From NCBI GenBank assembly GCA_964016885.1, contig OZ024743.1, positions 371,318,001-371,382,000 of the forward strand: DNA of 64,000 nt. Direction: 5' to 3'. The notes below the pieces were generated by a model, which worked only from the letters and a program-made list of their open reading frames with translations, was not told where the DNA came from and searched no databases. The stretch comes from Eledone cirrhosa (Eukaryota). This document shows positions 26,166 to 39,540 of the stretch, one piece after another; positions within the stretch are counted from its first letter, which is position 1; every line of letters starts with the position of its first letter. The translations under genes and the position numbers were made by a program.

Positions 26166-28247
26166 TATATTCTCAGCACTTCAAAAGCCGAAAATTTGGC
26201 TTCGTGTTAATTTATATATATATAAAGTAAATTTCCAAATATGCATATACTACACTGAAATCAATTTAATTAGCTATTATTAAAGAGTTAGAAGCTATTT
26301 TGATGCAAGGTTTATCAAAGAATGAAAACTTCAGCTTATAAAGGCAAGAACGAGAACTTTACGAGAGCAGTAAATTAATGGATCTAAATATATTTGAAAT
26401 CCAGTTATAAACACATGATATATAATATCTTATACCAGTAGTTCTCAACCAGGGGTCCGTAAATGCAGTACTGGAGTTCATGAACCAAAATGAAAATTGT
26501 CCTTTGTTAAAAACATAATATACACAGGCTATTGGATATCCAACCTACTCTATGTATGATCATTTCTTTCTTTGGATCGTTATTCTGACGAGAGCAATCT
26601 GCGAAAGGGGTGATTGCAGCAACTTGTCCATGGAAAAAATTATTTTAAATAAAAGGAATCTTTTGTAGTGAAAATGTTGGGAATCACTGCCATATACCAT
26701 AACTGTTTCTACTTTAGGCACAAGGCCAGCAATTACCCAGTGCATTACTGGTACTTTATTTTATCGACCCCGTAACATGATATATTTACATGTCTACTAG
26801 AATACAAGCAGCAATATAGCAATAATAAAGTAAGCTATACGATAGGTGTATAGAATATGAAACAGTGGGTGGTTATTCTTTTACTATTTGATAAAATTCT
26901 GCACAAACTTATTTAGGTTCATTAACTGTGTTCCATACTGATTGTGAAGGTGTGGGGCTTTGTGGTAAAGGGCATGAGTTTGGTTCCAGGATCACTCAGT
27001 GTATTGTGTCTTTGAGCAAGACACTTTATTTTGCCTTGCTTCAGTCTACTCAACTGGAAGGAAATGAGTTATGACAACACTGATGCCTTTTGCGTGGACA
27101 ATATTGATGGTGTGAAGGGAGACTTGTATGCATGAGTGACTGCTGGTCTTCCACAAAACACTCTGGCCAGGCTTGTGCCTCAGAGAGGAAAACCCATGGT
27201 CGGTCAGTCACTCATGGGTACATAATCTATGGTCAATCAATATCAAAGAGATTCTTTCCATTTTTTTTCAATATTGATTGAAGATTTTTTTTGTTTTGCT
27301 TTCTTTTTTTTATATATATACTCTTTTACCTGTTTCAGCCATCCGGCTGAGGCCATGCTGGGGCACCGATATATTTTTTTTCATTTAAAGATACAATTAG
27401 CAGAAAATTAAGCAGTAATGGCAAAAAATAATGATTAATCAAATATATTTTTAAATTTTAAGGGAAAAAGAGAGAGAGCAATTTATTTATAAGATAGAAT
27501 TTGATAAAATTAAAAAAGTTATAACCCAATTGTATAGATATGCCTGTTTCCCTACACACACACATATAAATATATACATACACCAGCAACTGAATAGAAA
27601 CTCATACAGTATAGAAGAGACACATATATATAGAGAGAGAGAAATAGATACACATACACACACATATATATATATATATACACCCACATACATACACATA
27701 TATATAATACTTTTCTCTTAAAAAAGCAAGCGAGGGAGATAACTCCAGCAATAGCAATTAATCCAAGTTTGGATAAAACAAGAAAAATGCAGTAAAGAAT
27801 AGATCTTGATTGATAGCCAAATGGTTTCAGATTTATTCAGTGATGCATATTCACCTAAGGTATTTTTCCTCCATCCATTATTGATAAGCATAATTCAGAT
27901 AGGTTGATCTTCTTTTACTATTTAGATATTTTCATTTTATTACCATTTCGATGTTAAATTTCATATTTATTTCCTACTAGACACGTTGGGTCACGTTCAC
28001 TTCAAAATATTTAAAAAAAATCATGTTCACTTAAAAATAATTTTTAAATAATTAAAATAAACACAGACATGTATATAATGTGAAATGAAACTGGAAGGCC
28101 CATAAATATACGTGTGTATGTATGTATATATATGTGTGTTTCTATACATATATATGTGTGGATGTTTGTGATCTATATACACTGATCATAGACACACACA
28201 CACATATATATATATCCACACACTCACATATATATATATATATATAC

Positions 28248-28573
28248 ATGGCTTAGTGGTTAGAGCATTGGCCTTGCAATTGAAAGGTTGTGAGTTCAAT
28301 TCTCAAACCGGGTGATGTGTTGTTTCCTTGAGCAAGACACTTTATTTCACATTGCTCCAGTTTACTCAGCTGTAGAAATGAGATGATAGGGACTGGGGTC
28401 CCTATCATTCCAAAGTGGTTGTGGAGGTGCCACAGCAAAAAAGCCCCCAGCACTCACTGTAAATGAGGTTGATGTTAGGAAGGGCATCCAGCTGTAGAAA
28501 TCAAGCCAGAATCAGTTCCCGTCCCACCCTTGTAAGCAGGGAAAAGTGAACGTAAAATGATGATGATGATGAT
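28248..28573 (+). mobile_element. tRNA-derived SINE with RTE 3' tail
   Basis: A/B boxes, ccttgagcaagacactt core, gttaggaagggcatccagctgtagaaa, (GAT)n end. Confidence 0.88.
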
Positions 28574-29103
28574 ACACAACACCACCACTCTTCCATATTC
28601 CTTCTCTGTCTTCTCTCCCTCTCTCTATGTCTCTCTTTCAATCTACTCTGTCACAACCACTATCTCTTCCTCTCTCTTTGTTTATGAAGGTACCCAGAAA
28701 ACCCCATATCATGGGAATCCTTGGTCCGATTTACGCATAACTTGTTTTATTCCATTTGTATTCCCATTTCTGGGTCAACTTCCTTTCAAAGTATTTTCCT
28801 ATTATGCGCCCTTTTGGCTGTATTACATTACAGACAAGCAAGCAAGCAATCACAGACTTTTAGTATTATATAGATTACATATTATGTTTAATGGCTGAAT
28901 TAGCTCTCTCTAACTTCCTGTGATAGCATCTCTGCATACTCCCTATCCACCGCCTGATGGCATGCTTTTTGGCTGACATCCCCCTCCCCGTCCTACCACC
29001 TTCCCTCGCCCTACATTACATACCCCCCCCCCTCCCATCTTCCCATATATTGCTACCACCTCCTACATCAACAATGCCAATCTGCCCCCGAAAAAAAAAA
29101 ATT

Positions 29104-29497
29104 AAAATGACTGAAACATGGACGCTTTCATCCAAACAACAAAAACGCCTTGATGGTACTTACACTCGCCTACTTTGGCACATTCGCAACATAAGCTGGC
29201 GACATCTGACTTTGAAAAAAATATATGCTGGCCTCCCGTGCATATCTGTTGTACGTAAAAGGAGAGTAAGATTTGCTGGCCACTGCCATCGTACGACCTC
29301 TGTGGCTGTGTCCCCACTAGTGCTTTGGAAACCACAAGCAGTCACTAATAACAGGGGGTGCAAGCTCTCCTATGCCGATGCCATCTCCAGAGATTCTGGT
29401 ATTGATATTCAGGACGTGGCAGCGACAATGAACTACAAACCCATGTGGAGATCAATTGTTGAGTTGATTTCAGCAGAGGCCACCGGTTGATGATGAA
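29104..29497 (+). mobile_element. 3' fragment of a distinct RTE-like LINE family
   Basis: ETWTL...LDGTYTRLL...RRVRFAGHCHR...LVLWKP; stop runs into tgatgatga. Confidence 0.75.
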
Positions 29498-31277
29498 GAC
29501 AACCTTTCTAGTGCTGGTGGCACAAATAATACACCCGATCTACACTGTTAGGTGGTTAGTATTAGCAAGGGTATCCAGCCAGAAAGAACTCTGCCAAAAA
29601 ATATGAACAGTACAACAAATATAACTCTCACAAATTGCGTATACAGGGTTAACACTAGTCATGTTAGTGCAGCGCACAGCAGTGGAGTGGCTAGAGTAGC
29701 CATGTGCGAGAACTCCTTGGCCATCATCAAGCAATCACATAACCCTTTTCCCTTTCAGATACATAAAACTTCTACCCAAGGAAATAGCAACTGGTAAAGT
29801 ACAAAACTCAGCACTGCCATTCTCAATGTTGGCACTCTGAAAGGTAAATTGGGCAAAATTGTGGAACTACTAGAGAGGAGAGAAGTAGACATTTGCTGTG
29901 TACAAGAGGTGAGATGGAGGAGTGCCTCAGCAAGACTGCTGACAGGCAAACAGCATAGATACAAGATTTACTGGAGAGGAAATGATGATGAGTAGGAGGT
30001 GTGGGCATCTTTCTGAGAAATGGATAGATAATGATAGAAGTAGCTAGAGTAAGTGACAGAATTATCAAGCTTAGGTTACCAGTAGGAAATAAATTGAACA
30101 ATTACATCTGCCTATGCTCCACAGCCAGAACTGAGTAAAGAACAAAAAGACAGGTTCTATGAAGAACTTTTACAGACAACTTCAAGTACCTATAAAAGTG
30201 ACCTCATCATCCTAGCAGGCAACTTCAATGGATATATGGAGCAGTACCAGGACAGATTCAGTGGAGTTCACAGTGGCTATGGTTATAGCTCAAGGAAATA
30301 AGAGGGACTGAGACTCCTGGAATTCTGTAACACAAATGAACATTTGCAACACAAATATCAGGAAACCAGCCAGCCAGCCACCTAATCTCATATTAATCAG
30401 GCGAACATAAAACCCAAATCGACTATTTACTTGTTAGACAAGAAGAGAAATGGACTGTAATAAATACTAAGGCCTTCTCTGGGGAGGAATACACTGCTCA
30501 GCACAAGTTAGTTATTAGTGACATCAAAATAAACATGAGACAGAACAAGACGTGCAGGAAAATATGGAGATGGACGGTCTGGAAGCTAAAGGATCTCATG
30601 ATTAAATATGAGTTTAGAAAGGCCCTACAGGATGCATTTGATGAGAGAAGTGATGAGTAAGATACCTATGATGTAGAGAACAACTGGAAATTCTTACATG
30701 ACAACCTTTTGCAAACCACTGACGAGACTTGTGGCTGGAGTAGAATACCAGCCAGTCAGAGGATGACCTGGTGGTGGAACAGCTCAATGGAATGAGCCAT
30801 TAAAGCCAAGAGACAGGCTTGGAAAAACTAGAAAAATGCTAGGCGAATGTATGATGCCTGTGTGCGAAGTGTGATGCTGCTTGGTAGTAAAACATGGGCT
30901 GTGACTGCAGAGAACATGTGTGACTATAGAAAAATGAAACAACCATGCTTTGTTGGATGTGTAATGTAAGTGAAAGGCAAAACTTGGATGAGCTGAAGGA
31001 GAAGCTGGATTTAAGTGGAATCCGAGGTGGTGTGCAGGAGAGAAGACTGCATTGGTATGGACATGTGATGCGCATGGACGAAGAAATGTCAAGAAATCCC
31101 AGTAGAGGACGACCAAGAAAGACCTGGGCAGAGGTTGTGAGAGCTGACATCAAATTACTGAGACTCACAAAGCGATGACAAACGATATTGACATGTGGTG
31201 AGATGCTGTGTTGAGAACGACCGATCCAACCCATTCAAGCATGGAAAAGCGCACATTAAAACGATGATGATGATGAT
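29498..31277 (+). mobile_element. Internally deleted RTE (5' UTR and EN joined to the C-terminus)
   Basis: EN motifs (VDICCVQEVRW); junction near 30840 skips the RT; (GAT)n tail. Confidence 0.82.
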
Positions 31278-31553
31278 AATCAGTGTCATTGCTCTTTCTC
31301 CTTTCCTATGTCCAATGGACCATTCTAAATGTGTCACAGTTATATCAAAAATACTTTTTTCATGCAAAGCAATTTGGAATAGTGATCAATAAAAGGGAAA
31401 AGAATTGGATTTAGATCAATAATATATAGGGACATTTAAAAATAAGATCAAGCCACATATCTATATAAACATATATTCAATATATTACATATCCAGAATA
31501 TTATAATTTGAACTTTTTTTTCTCCAAACATCATAGTATGATATATATATATA

Positions 31554-31597
<44 letters not shown>

Positions 31598-31639
31598 AAG
31601 AACTATAGAAAATTAAGAATCCCTCGTCTTTCTCTTACA

Positions 31640-32290
31640 TTTTACACTCAGTGAGATCACCTCCAACCCACCACCAGCACCAAATGATGAAAGAGGGGTC
31701 AGGGGAGATTGAAAGGAAGTGGATGTGTGTTGTGTACAAGAGACTTGATTCAGAGATCTAGACTCCTTGTGAGAAAGAACAATGCTACAAATTTTTCTTG
31801 GTGGGTAGCAGAAAAATGGATAGATAAGGTAACTGAAGTGGTTAGAGTGAATCATTAAGCTTAGTTTAGTCATAGAATAGATGCATATGTACCACAATCT
31901 GAACTGGTAGATAAACTGAAAAACTATTTTTATGAGTCCCTAATGCAGACTACTTCTCTAATGAGTGATTGTGACTTCATAATCATAGCTGGCAATTTTA
32001 ATGGACACGTTGGGCAACACAGGAATTTTACATTGCAAGACAAACTTCAGAAAATTACTTGATCACCTACAAGCCATATAGATTTTATCCTCACCAGAAG
32101 ACGAAATAGCTGATGATTGCAAACATAAGGAAAACCTCTCCCAATATAACATAGTAACTAGCAACTTTAAATGGTTCTCAACTTCAAAAGTTCAGGGAGC
32201 TAATGTCCCTGCTTTCTACAAAAGGTTTCTCCCTCATGGCGAAAGGCAGATTGTATGATGGCTGTGTGCAAACAACAACACTGCATGGAA
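31640..32290 (+). mobile_element. Highly decayed RTE fragments
   Basis: Remnants of VCCVQE, AGNFNGHVG and KGRLYD. Confidence 0.6.
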
Positions 32291-32417
32291 AAGTATAGTA
32301 ATAGTAGAAGTAGTACTAACATTAAAGTTATATCCAGCAGCTAGTAAAAGGTAGCCATAACTGCTATCAACTGAATGTAATTGTTGGCTACACACCTAAT
32401 CAATGGTTGATGATCAG

Positions 32418-32423
32418 TTTATT
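32418..32423 (-). promoter_or_regulatory. Possible polyadenylation signal AATAAA
   Basis: About 24 nt after the FAM114A stop; the motif is common in AT-rich DNA. Confidence 0.3.
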
Positions 32424-32446
32424 TGCTCTTGTTAGTTGCATGAACT

Positions 32447-32542
32447 TTATGATGTCGTGGTTTTCTTCTCAAGCAGAGCCAACTGCATTATGGGTAAAAG
32501 AGATCGGAAGCCTTCATCAATATATGAACTGCTATTTGAGGC
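32447..32542 (-). CDS. FAM114A2: FAM114A-family gene, terminal coding exon (ASNSSSYIDEGFRSLLPIMQLALLEKKTTTS*)
   Basis: Resembles the vertebrate FAM114A C-terminus as recalled (ASNS.SYIQDAFQLLLP); ttag acceptor, phase 0; TAA at 32449-32447. Probably co-orthologous to FAM114A1 and A2. Confidence 0.88.
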   Translation of the reverse strand, partial: ASNSSSYIDEGFRSLLPIMQLALLEKKTTTS

Positions 32543-33494
32543 CTAAATAAATAAACAAAAAGTGTAAAAATGAGCATAGTGTGTATAATATTGGGGAACA
32601 AAATAAAAGTAAAGTATCTAACCATCAGATTGAACCAAGGAAAACAAATTTCCATAGCCTTTTCTGTTGCTGATACAATCTGTTGATTGCAACTCCTGGC
32701 AGAAGGAGCAAAATAAAATAAATTATTTTGCTCAAGAACACTGCCCACTCAGGAAGTTGAACTAATGACTTTATGATCATGAATCCAACACCCTGACCAC
32801 TAGTCCATGTGCCTTCATGTATAATACTGAATCTAGGGAATATTTTGTATATACAGATAGACAGACAATATATATAGTAAAGAAGACTATTCAGTCTTGC
32901 TGAGTACATGACAACCTCTCTAGAGCTGGTGCAAAGATAAAATGCACTCAGTACTCTGTAAAAGGGTAGTGTAGGTGCCACAATAAAATGCATCCAATAC
33001 ACTCTGTGGAGTAGTAGTTCTAATCCCATGATACAATACACCCATTACACTCTGTAAAGTGGTAGTACTGGTGCCACGAAAAAGTGTTGGGCATTAGGAA
33101 AAGCAGTATGACAGAGTTTGATCAGCAAATATTATGGACATTTCTCCTCAGACCTTAACTTCATTGTTCATGATCATTTTTTATATCTGCTTTGCCATGC
33201 TAGCATGAGTTGGATAGGTTTTTTTATAGGCAGAATTCTATGGCCAGATGCCTTTCCCAACACCAACCCTTCTTTTTGCACATTTAACTGCTGAGCCACA
33301 GGAACATCCAGATTCACACAAGATTTGACATGCATGCCAGAACACACATACATGTTTAAGTTCCAATGAAAGAGCCTTATTTCTGTGTTGGGGGCTGATT
33401 CTTTCTCTATTGGTGAGAAATTTTAAAAATAAAATGAAAACATCTATACATACACAAACATATATGTGTATGTATGTATGTATATATATATATG

Positions 33495-33566
<72 letters not shown>

Positions 33567-33832
33567 CATCATCACTGTTTTACATGTTTCCAAAATGGCA
33601 TGGGTGAGACAAGTTACTATGTTCTGAGACTAGACAAGTTGGATGACCCCATCCAGCTCATACATTCCATTTTTCCATTTTGACATGATTTCTACAACTG
33701 GATGCCTTTCCTAATGCCAATCACTTTACATGGTGTACTGGGTGCATTTTATCATGGCATCATATATAAAATAAATTTATTAAAACAAAACAACCGACAT
33801 ATCAGAATATAATAAAAGCATTAATTACTTAC

Positions 33833-33889
33833 TTCAAGATAAACATTAGTTATGTATTGGTTGATAGACTTCCTTTCATTCTCTTCTTC
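33833..33889 (-). CDS. FAM114A2: FAM114A exon (EEENERKSINQYITNVYLE)
   Basis: ttgcag acceptor, gtaagt donor, 57 nt, phase 0-0. Confidence 0.88.
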
Positions 33890-34416
33890 CTGCAATAGAC
33901 AAACAAATCTATTCCAATAAACAACATTTAAGTAACAGTCATTTAAAAGATTAGCATGAAGAATTGATCTATGTTTACATATGATGCCTGTGTGAGATGC
34001 ACGATGCTGCATGGTAGTGAGACATGGGCAGCAACTGCAGAGGATATGCGATGGCTGGAGAGAAATTTTTTCGGGGGTTGAAATCAAAATAGTTCAGGTG
34101 AAGAAGAATCTGTAAGTATCTTGACTCTCTCTTAGTTAAACTGTTGGAATTCTTATGCTTTCTTTGATCATTATCTACCTGATCGTTTCCACATCGGTAC
34201 TGTTATCCTATGAATCAATCGATATGATATGCTCGGAAACTAATTACCGCACATGATTTTAACTGTTGTATAGAAGTTCCATAGGTAGTTAAATCGATTT
34301 AAATTCTCATAATATATATATATATACACACATATATATATATATATATACATACACGCACACACATACATATACATACACACATATACACATACACACA
34401 CATATATACACACACA

Positions 34417-34453
<37 letters not shown>

Positions 34454-34462
34454 CACACAAAT

Positions 34463-35530
34463 AGGTGTACATCAGGGTTCGGTCCTCAGCCCACTCTTGT
34501 TCATTATAGTCCTCCAAGCTATAAAGGAGGAGTTTAAGACTGGCTGTCCATGGGAACTTCTCTATGCTGGCGATCTGGTTCTTATAGCAGAATCAGTAGA
34601 GGAGCTAGAGAATAAATTCTGGCTATGGAAACAGCAGTTGGAATCAAGAGGACTGAGAGTGAACCTAGCTAAAACAAAAGTGTTGATGAGTAGAAAAGTG
34701 GACAAAACTCTGATTCCATCAGGGAAATGGCCATGTTCGATATGTAGCAAAGGAACTGGCATAAATTCTATAAAATGTACGCAATGCAGATCTTGGGTAC
34801 ACAAGAGATGTAGTGGGATAGCAGGCAAACTAACAGGTAGGGAAAACTATGTATGCAGTAGATGTACAGGGAAAGTTGGCAGTAGTAATCGCAGTGATAG
34901 TCCAATTTTTCCAATGCAGGTAGGTTCTATAGAAGTGGTTGATGGCTTCCGGTACCTAGGTGATCAGATTAGCATGGGAAGGGGATGTTCCGAGGCCATA
35001 GTACCTAGAACAAGGACAGGTTGGAAGAAGTTTAGGGAGCTGCTTCCTCTGTTGACAAAGAAGGGTTTCTCCCTGCGTACGAAAGGACGGTTATATGATG
35101 CCTGTGTGAGATGCGCGATGCTGCATGGTAGTGAGACATGGGCAGTAACTGCAGAAGATATGCGACGGCTTGAGAGAAATGAAGCAAGCATGCTCCATTG
35201 GAAGTGCAATGTCAATGTGTGTGAACAACCCAGCATGGATGTGTTGAGAGAGAAACTGGGTATAAGTTGTGGTGTGCAGGAGAGATGACTGAGATGGTAT
35301 GGACATGTGATGCGCATGGAGGATGACTGCTGGGTAAAGAAGTGCCAAGAAATCCCAGAAGGAAGACTATGAAAAACATGGGCAGAGGTGGTGAGAGCAG
35401 ACCTCAGATCGCTGAAACTCACGGAGGAGATGACGAAGGACTGTGACAAGTGGAGAGACACTGTGCTAAATAGGATCCGTCCTACCCTTGCAAGCAGAGA
35501 AAAGCGGACGTAAAATGATGATGATGCTGA
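34463..35530 (+). mobile_element. 5'-truncated RTE in a FAM114A intron
   Basis: 263-aa ORF: HQGSVLSP, LLYAGD (mutated YADD), PHD-type finger; (GAT)n tail. Confidence 0.9.
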
Positions 35531-35580
35531 TATATATATTTACATACATATATATATATATATAATTGTTTCTACTTACT

Positions 35581-35619
<39 letters not shown>

Positions 35620-35627
35620 GTTTCTAT

Positions 35628-35800
35628 CGGTAGAGGGTCGGACGCCATGCTTTGACGCATAGAGTTACGGCCTTTGCCATTCTGAGTTCAAATCCCGCCA
35701 AGGTTAACTTTGCCTTTCATCCTTACGGGGTCGATAAAATAAAGTACCAGTAATACACTGGGATAATTGCTGGCCTTGTGCCAAAAGTAGAAACAATTAT
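35628..35800 (+). mobile_element. tRNA-derived SINE (second family)
   Basis: gagttcaaatcccgcc B box; gcctttcatccttacggggtcgataaaataaagtacc domain. Confidence 0.85.
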
Positions 35801-35829
35801 TTATTTATAATTATATATGTAAGAAAAAC

Positions 35830-36430
35830 GCTACCTAAGGTTTCAAGGTCCAATATTGACCATATCTCCAGATTGTAAGAGGGATCAAATTTGAGACCTA
35901 GTTGTCAAACACTTCGACGAGTTTGATGATATTCTTAAAAATATAGCATGTTAATAATTTCTTTATGAAAACAAAGCATAACAAAGGGAAATAACTCAAA
36001 GATGTAAATTTGAAATGGCAATGTCGGTGTATGCGTGTTAGTGTGCACAATATAGCAGGTGTATGATATTATGTGGTGGTATGTAAAATAGAGATGTTTA
36101 TATTTATTAAGCTATGGAGTAAAGTCGTACAAAAGGTTTACCATATTAAGTGTGGGAAAAGAAAAGTTATTAAGAAAGTATAGAAATCAATATTCATTGA
36201 GTGTTTCCATTTAGCAAGAAGTTGGCCTTTGAGATGTAGACATCCTCTAAAAATCTCATTCTTTGAGTTCAAATAATTGAAGACGACAAACCTTGTAATA
36301 TCCTAAAATTTTTATTGAGGCAGAGACAGCATCTCTTGGTACCATTAGTATAAGTAATCTTATGTGGGACTCCTTTAATTGCCAATGCTGGTTCTCTTAT
36401 CAGGCTTCCTGATAAGTAAAAACATTGTTT
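35830..36430 (-). mobile_element. Penelope-like 3' remnant with a decayed hammerhead
   Basis: YTNGTKRCCLCLNK resembles the end of the Penelope GIY-YIG region; CUGGAGA...GAAA-CCUUAGG-UA downstream. Confidence 0.5.
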
Positions 36431-36973
36431 AAAACGATCTTGCACCATACTCGCATATCTTTCCCTAACTTTAGAATTTTCTGGTGTTGTTTGCAATCTC
36501 TGCCTCATATACAATGGATTTGATATTACATTTATGTTCAAGAGGGCAGTTCTCTATAATCTTACAAGAGCAACTTTGATTATAGATGTATATATATCAA
36601 GGAAAAAAAGATCCCATAACATTCAAATGGTTCCTGGACAAATTCTTCCAGAAAATTCTAGATAAACTACCTAGAAGCAAATATGTTTAGACTAATAAGA
36701 ACTTACATGTGTGTAGGACATGGGATTCAAAATTTAACTTAAACATGATTTGAAAGATTTCACTAGATGATGTTATTAAGTTAGCATTCAAGAGAGATCT
36801 CTAGGTTGAAAATACCTTCCTCCCTTCATCTCAACAGACATGAAAGACCTGAAGTGGGTTAAGGGCACTCTCTTCCTTTCCTAACCATACAATTAAAAAA
36901 ATAATAAGAAACTTCATGAGTTTCAGATTGACACAAATGTATGAAAAAGAATCTGTTTACTATCAGTACTTAC

Positions 36974-37049
36974 AGCAATCACAGTATTGAGACATTTGGC
37001 AAACTTCGTTGATAAAATGTTAATTTCAGTCCAGAATATTTTAGTCAAA
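36974..37049 (-). CDS. FAM114A2: FAM114A exon ((S)LTKIFWTEINILSTKFAKCLNTVIA)
   Basis: cttcag acceptor, gtaagt donor, 76 nt, phase 2-0. Confidence 0.88.
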
Positions 37050-37351
37050 CTGAAGAAATGAGAGAAAATATGTATGTATTAAGTTAAAAGAGGTAATAAA
37101 TGTCATTTTCAAGTTGTTTACAGCAGAGATATATAACTTGCATTAAGAGTTTTTAGTAAACTCTCCTTTCCACTTTGTATATTTCAATAAATGCAATATA
37201 TAAGAAAGCTAATTTTTGCATTGTTTTATAACAATTCCCCTTTGTTTTGAAGAGAAAATAACAGAATTATTGGTGCTGGTTGAAAAGCTTGCATATTTAG
37301 AACAAAATGATTATGTATTGCACACATGCACATACAGTTTACTAAATCCCT

Positions 37352-37580
37352 TTAACCCTTTAGCATTTAAACCGGCCATATCCAGCCAGAATTCTCTCAC
37401 CACTTTCTGTTCAAACCAGCTGTAATCGGCCACTCATACTGATGTTAAAGTATTGTTCTCAAAATAAATAACATCAAAATCTCATAGCTTCGATATTATG
37501 TGATATAACTATGTGAGGAAAAGCCTTTACCATGAAAATACAATAGTAAATGTAGAATAATGTAAATTCTAAAGGGTTAA
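37352..37580. mobile_element. piggyBac-type MITE (221 bp between TTAA sites)
   Basis: TTAA|CCCTTTAGCATTTA ... TAAATTCTAAAGGG|TTAA. Confidence 0.8.
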
Positions 37581-37686
37581 GACAGTACTCCAACATGATT
37601 GCAGTTTAATGATTAAAACTAGTGAAAGAATGCAGTTTAATGATTAAAACCAGTAAAAGAAAAGAAACAGAAAAAAAGCAATGTAC

Positions 37687-37826
37687 CTGGCAAGGTTTTT
37701 GGCACGATCTTCTACACTTCGTTCAACGTCACTTTGCAAAAGAATCAATTCACCTGCTTTATGGAACTGTTCAATTATTTTGGCTGTCAGTTCAGCCATT
37801 GACTGGATTGCAACTGTGTAAATTTC
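37687..37826 (-). CDS. FAM114A2: FAM114A exon (EIYTVAIQSMAELTAKIIEQFHKAGELILLQSDVERSVEDRAKNLA)
   Basis: Family motif AI.SLAELTA..IE.FHK; tgtag acceptor, gtacat donor, 140 nt, phase 0-2. Confidence 0.92.
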
Positions 37827-37837
37827 CTACAGATATA

Positions 37838-38620
37838 TACAGGGTGCGTCAGTTTTTTTAGGACATTCGTATAGATTTAGAAAAAAAGATGCATAACACA
37901 TCAAAGAAATGCTGTATTTAGATACAAATTGGTACAAATATTATTAACAATACATTTATGATATTTATTCAATGAATCCTCCGTTAGCTTCAATGACTGC
38001 TTCAATACAGGGTTAGAAGCATTGGCATGCCCGAATAAGATGAACTCTATCAATACTGGATATTGTGCTGGTAATGGCGGACTTGAAAGGTTCTATAGTG
38101 TTGTGAGGGTGATGATTGGCTTCTCTTTCAACTATGCCAGGGGATTGAGATCTGGATAGCTAGGACGCCATTTCTGGAAGAACATGATCAAGAAGATTGT
38201 CAATGTTTGTAACATTCTGACCTTATGAGAGAGCGCAAAGTCTTGTTGGAAAACAAACAGTCTTCCGTTGCTTACCCTGTCTATGCAGGACTTCACAACT
38301 GTCCCCAACACCTCTTTGTAGACAGTAGTGTTGAGTCTTAAGCACAGAAAAAAAATGAGGAGGCATGATATCTCCCTTGTTGCTGACAACACCCAGAACC
38401 ATCACAGACGCTGGAAATATGGCGTGCATGACCATTGAAACCTCATTTGGGTCTCTGCGTAGTCATCTATCATTCTTTTAGTCCTCATCAAAGTTTTTCT
38501 CATAAGAAAACCAAAGCATTCCAGCTTCTTGATGTTTTATTTAGTAAGCGCTTTGCACAGACAAAACGATTTTCTTTTGTCACAGTCAACATAAACTGGC
38601 CTCTCCACATAACATACAAC
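37838..38620 (-). mobile_element. Decayed maT-like Tc1/mariner element; one TIR visible
   Basis: TA|CAGGGTGCG end; VMVLGVVSNKGDIMPPHFF, FVFQQD, PDLNPL; homologous to 8765-9656. Confidence 0.8.
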
Positions 38621-39018
38621 TGTGTCAGGGTATAGGGTGTTATCTTGAGTGAGGGGATGGGTGACCAAGGGTAAAGTGTCTATATACCTACCTACATGTC
38701 TATCTGGCTATCAGACTGTCTACCTATAGTTATCTACTTATGTTTATTTACTAATGCATCTATATTCAGACAAAAACAACAATAACATTAAGAAATGTAT
38801 TCCAATAGTAGGCTGATACATACATAAGTAAACAAAATCATCATAATTTAGTGGATGTATGTTTGAGAATGATTGAGATAAGGAGAAAAAATAAAAGTAA
38901 AAGAGAGAGAGCTTAAATGATAAAAATAACTTGAATTTTGTTTTACTTATACAGTTATATAGCTTTCCAATTTCAGATTTACTTAAAATAAATTTCTGAA
39001 ACAATGAATATATTTCAC

Positions 39019-39102
39019 CTTAGGATCAACTTCTTTTTTCTCTTCAACTGCTGAGTATGTTTCAAAGAACTCTGTGATCCATAGCCTTGCATTTGCTTGA
39101 CA
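39019..39102 (-). CDS. FAM114A2: FAM114A exon (CQANARLWITEFFETYSAVEEKKEVDPK)
   Basis: Poly-T cag acceptor, gtgaaa donor, 84 nt, phase 0-0. Confidence 0.82.
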
Positions 39103-39540
39103 CTGAAAAAAAAAACATTCTAAGAAAGTAGAAATATGAGATCAGTAGAATGTATGTTTTGTTTTTTTTCATTTAGTTAGAAGAGGAAGGGTAGTGCCCA
39201 GGATCTTTACAGGGTTTCAGAGACTAGTTGGGAAAAAAAACACGTAAGTTGCTGTAGTAAAAAGCAACACAATATATTGTTGGCAACAGAGTGGACTCCA
39301 CTAAAGGCACCCATGGATTAGATGATGGTGTTGAACTAGGTTATGGATTAAGTCTGCTACATCCAGAACAAGAATCATTCTTTTGACAGGCTTCCAGTTT
39401 TTGTATATAAAATTTCACTCACAAGCCTTTGGTTGACCCAAAGTTATGGTAGAAAATGCATGTCCAAGGTCTACATAGTTGTATTGGACTCAGGATCAAC
39501 AATAACAATTTAATAATTAATAAAATGTGATCCAACTTAC

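Noticed and set aside
28248-28320. tRNA gene
   Set aside because: A/B boxes are present but it continues into SINE core and tail; no complete cloverleaf
28680-28745. Hammerhead-like relic (tttatgaagg...ccgatttacgcat)
   Set aside because: Too many core mismatches to support
32622-32696. Possible extra minus-strand exon (ccag...gttaga)
   Set aside because: No FAM114A similarity and it would break the phase; the flanking exons join cleanly without it
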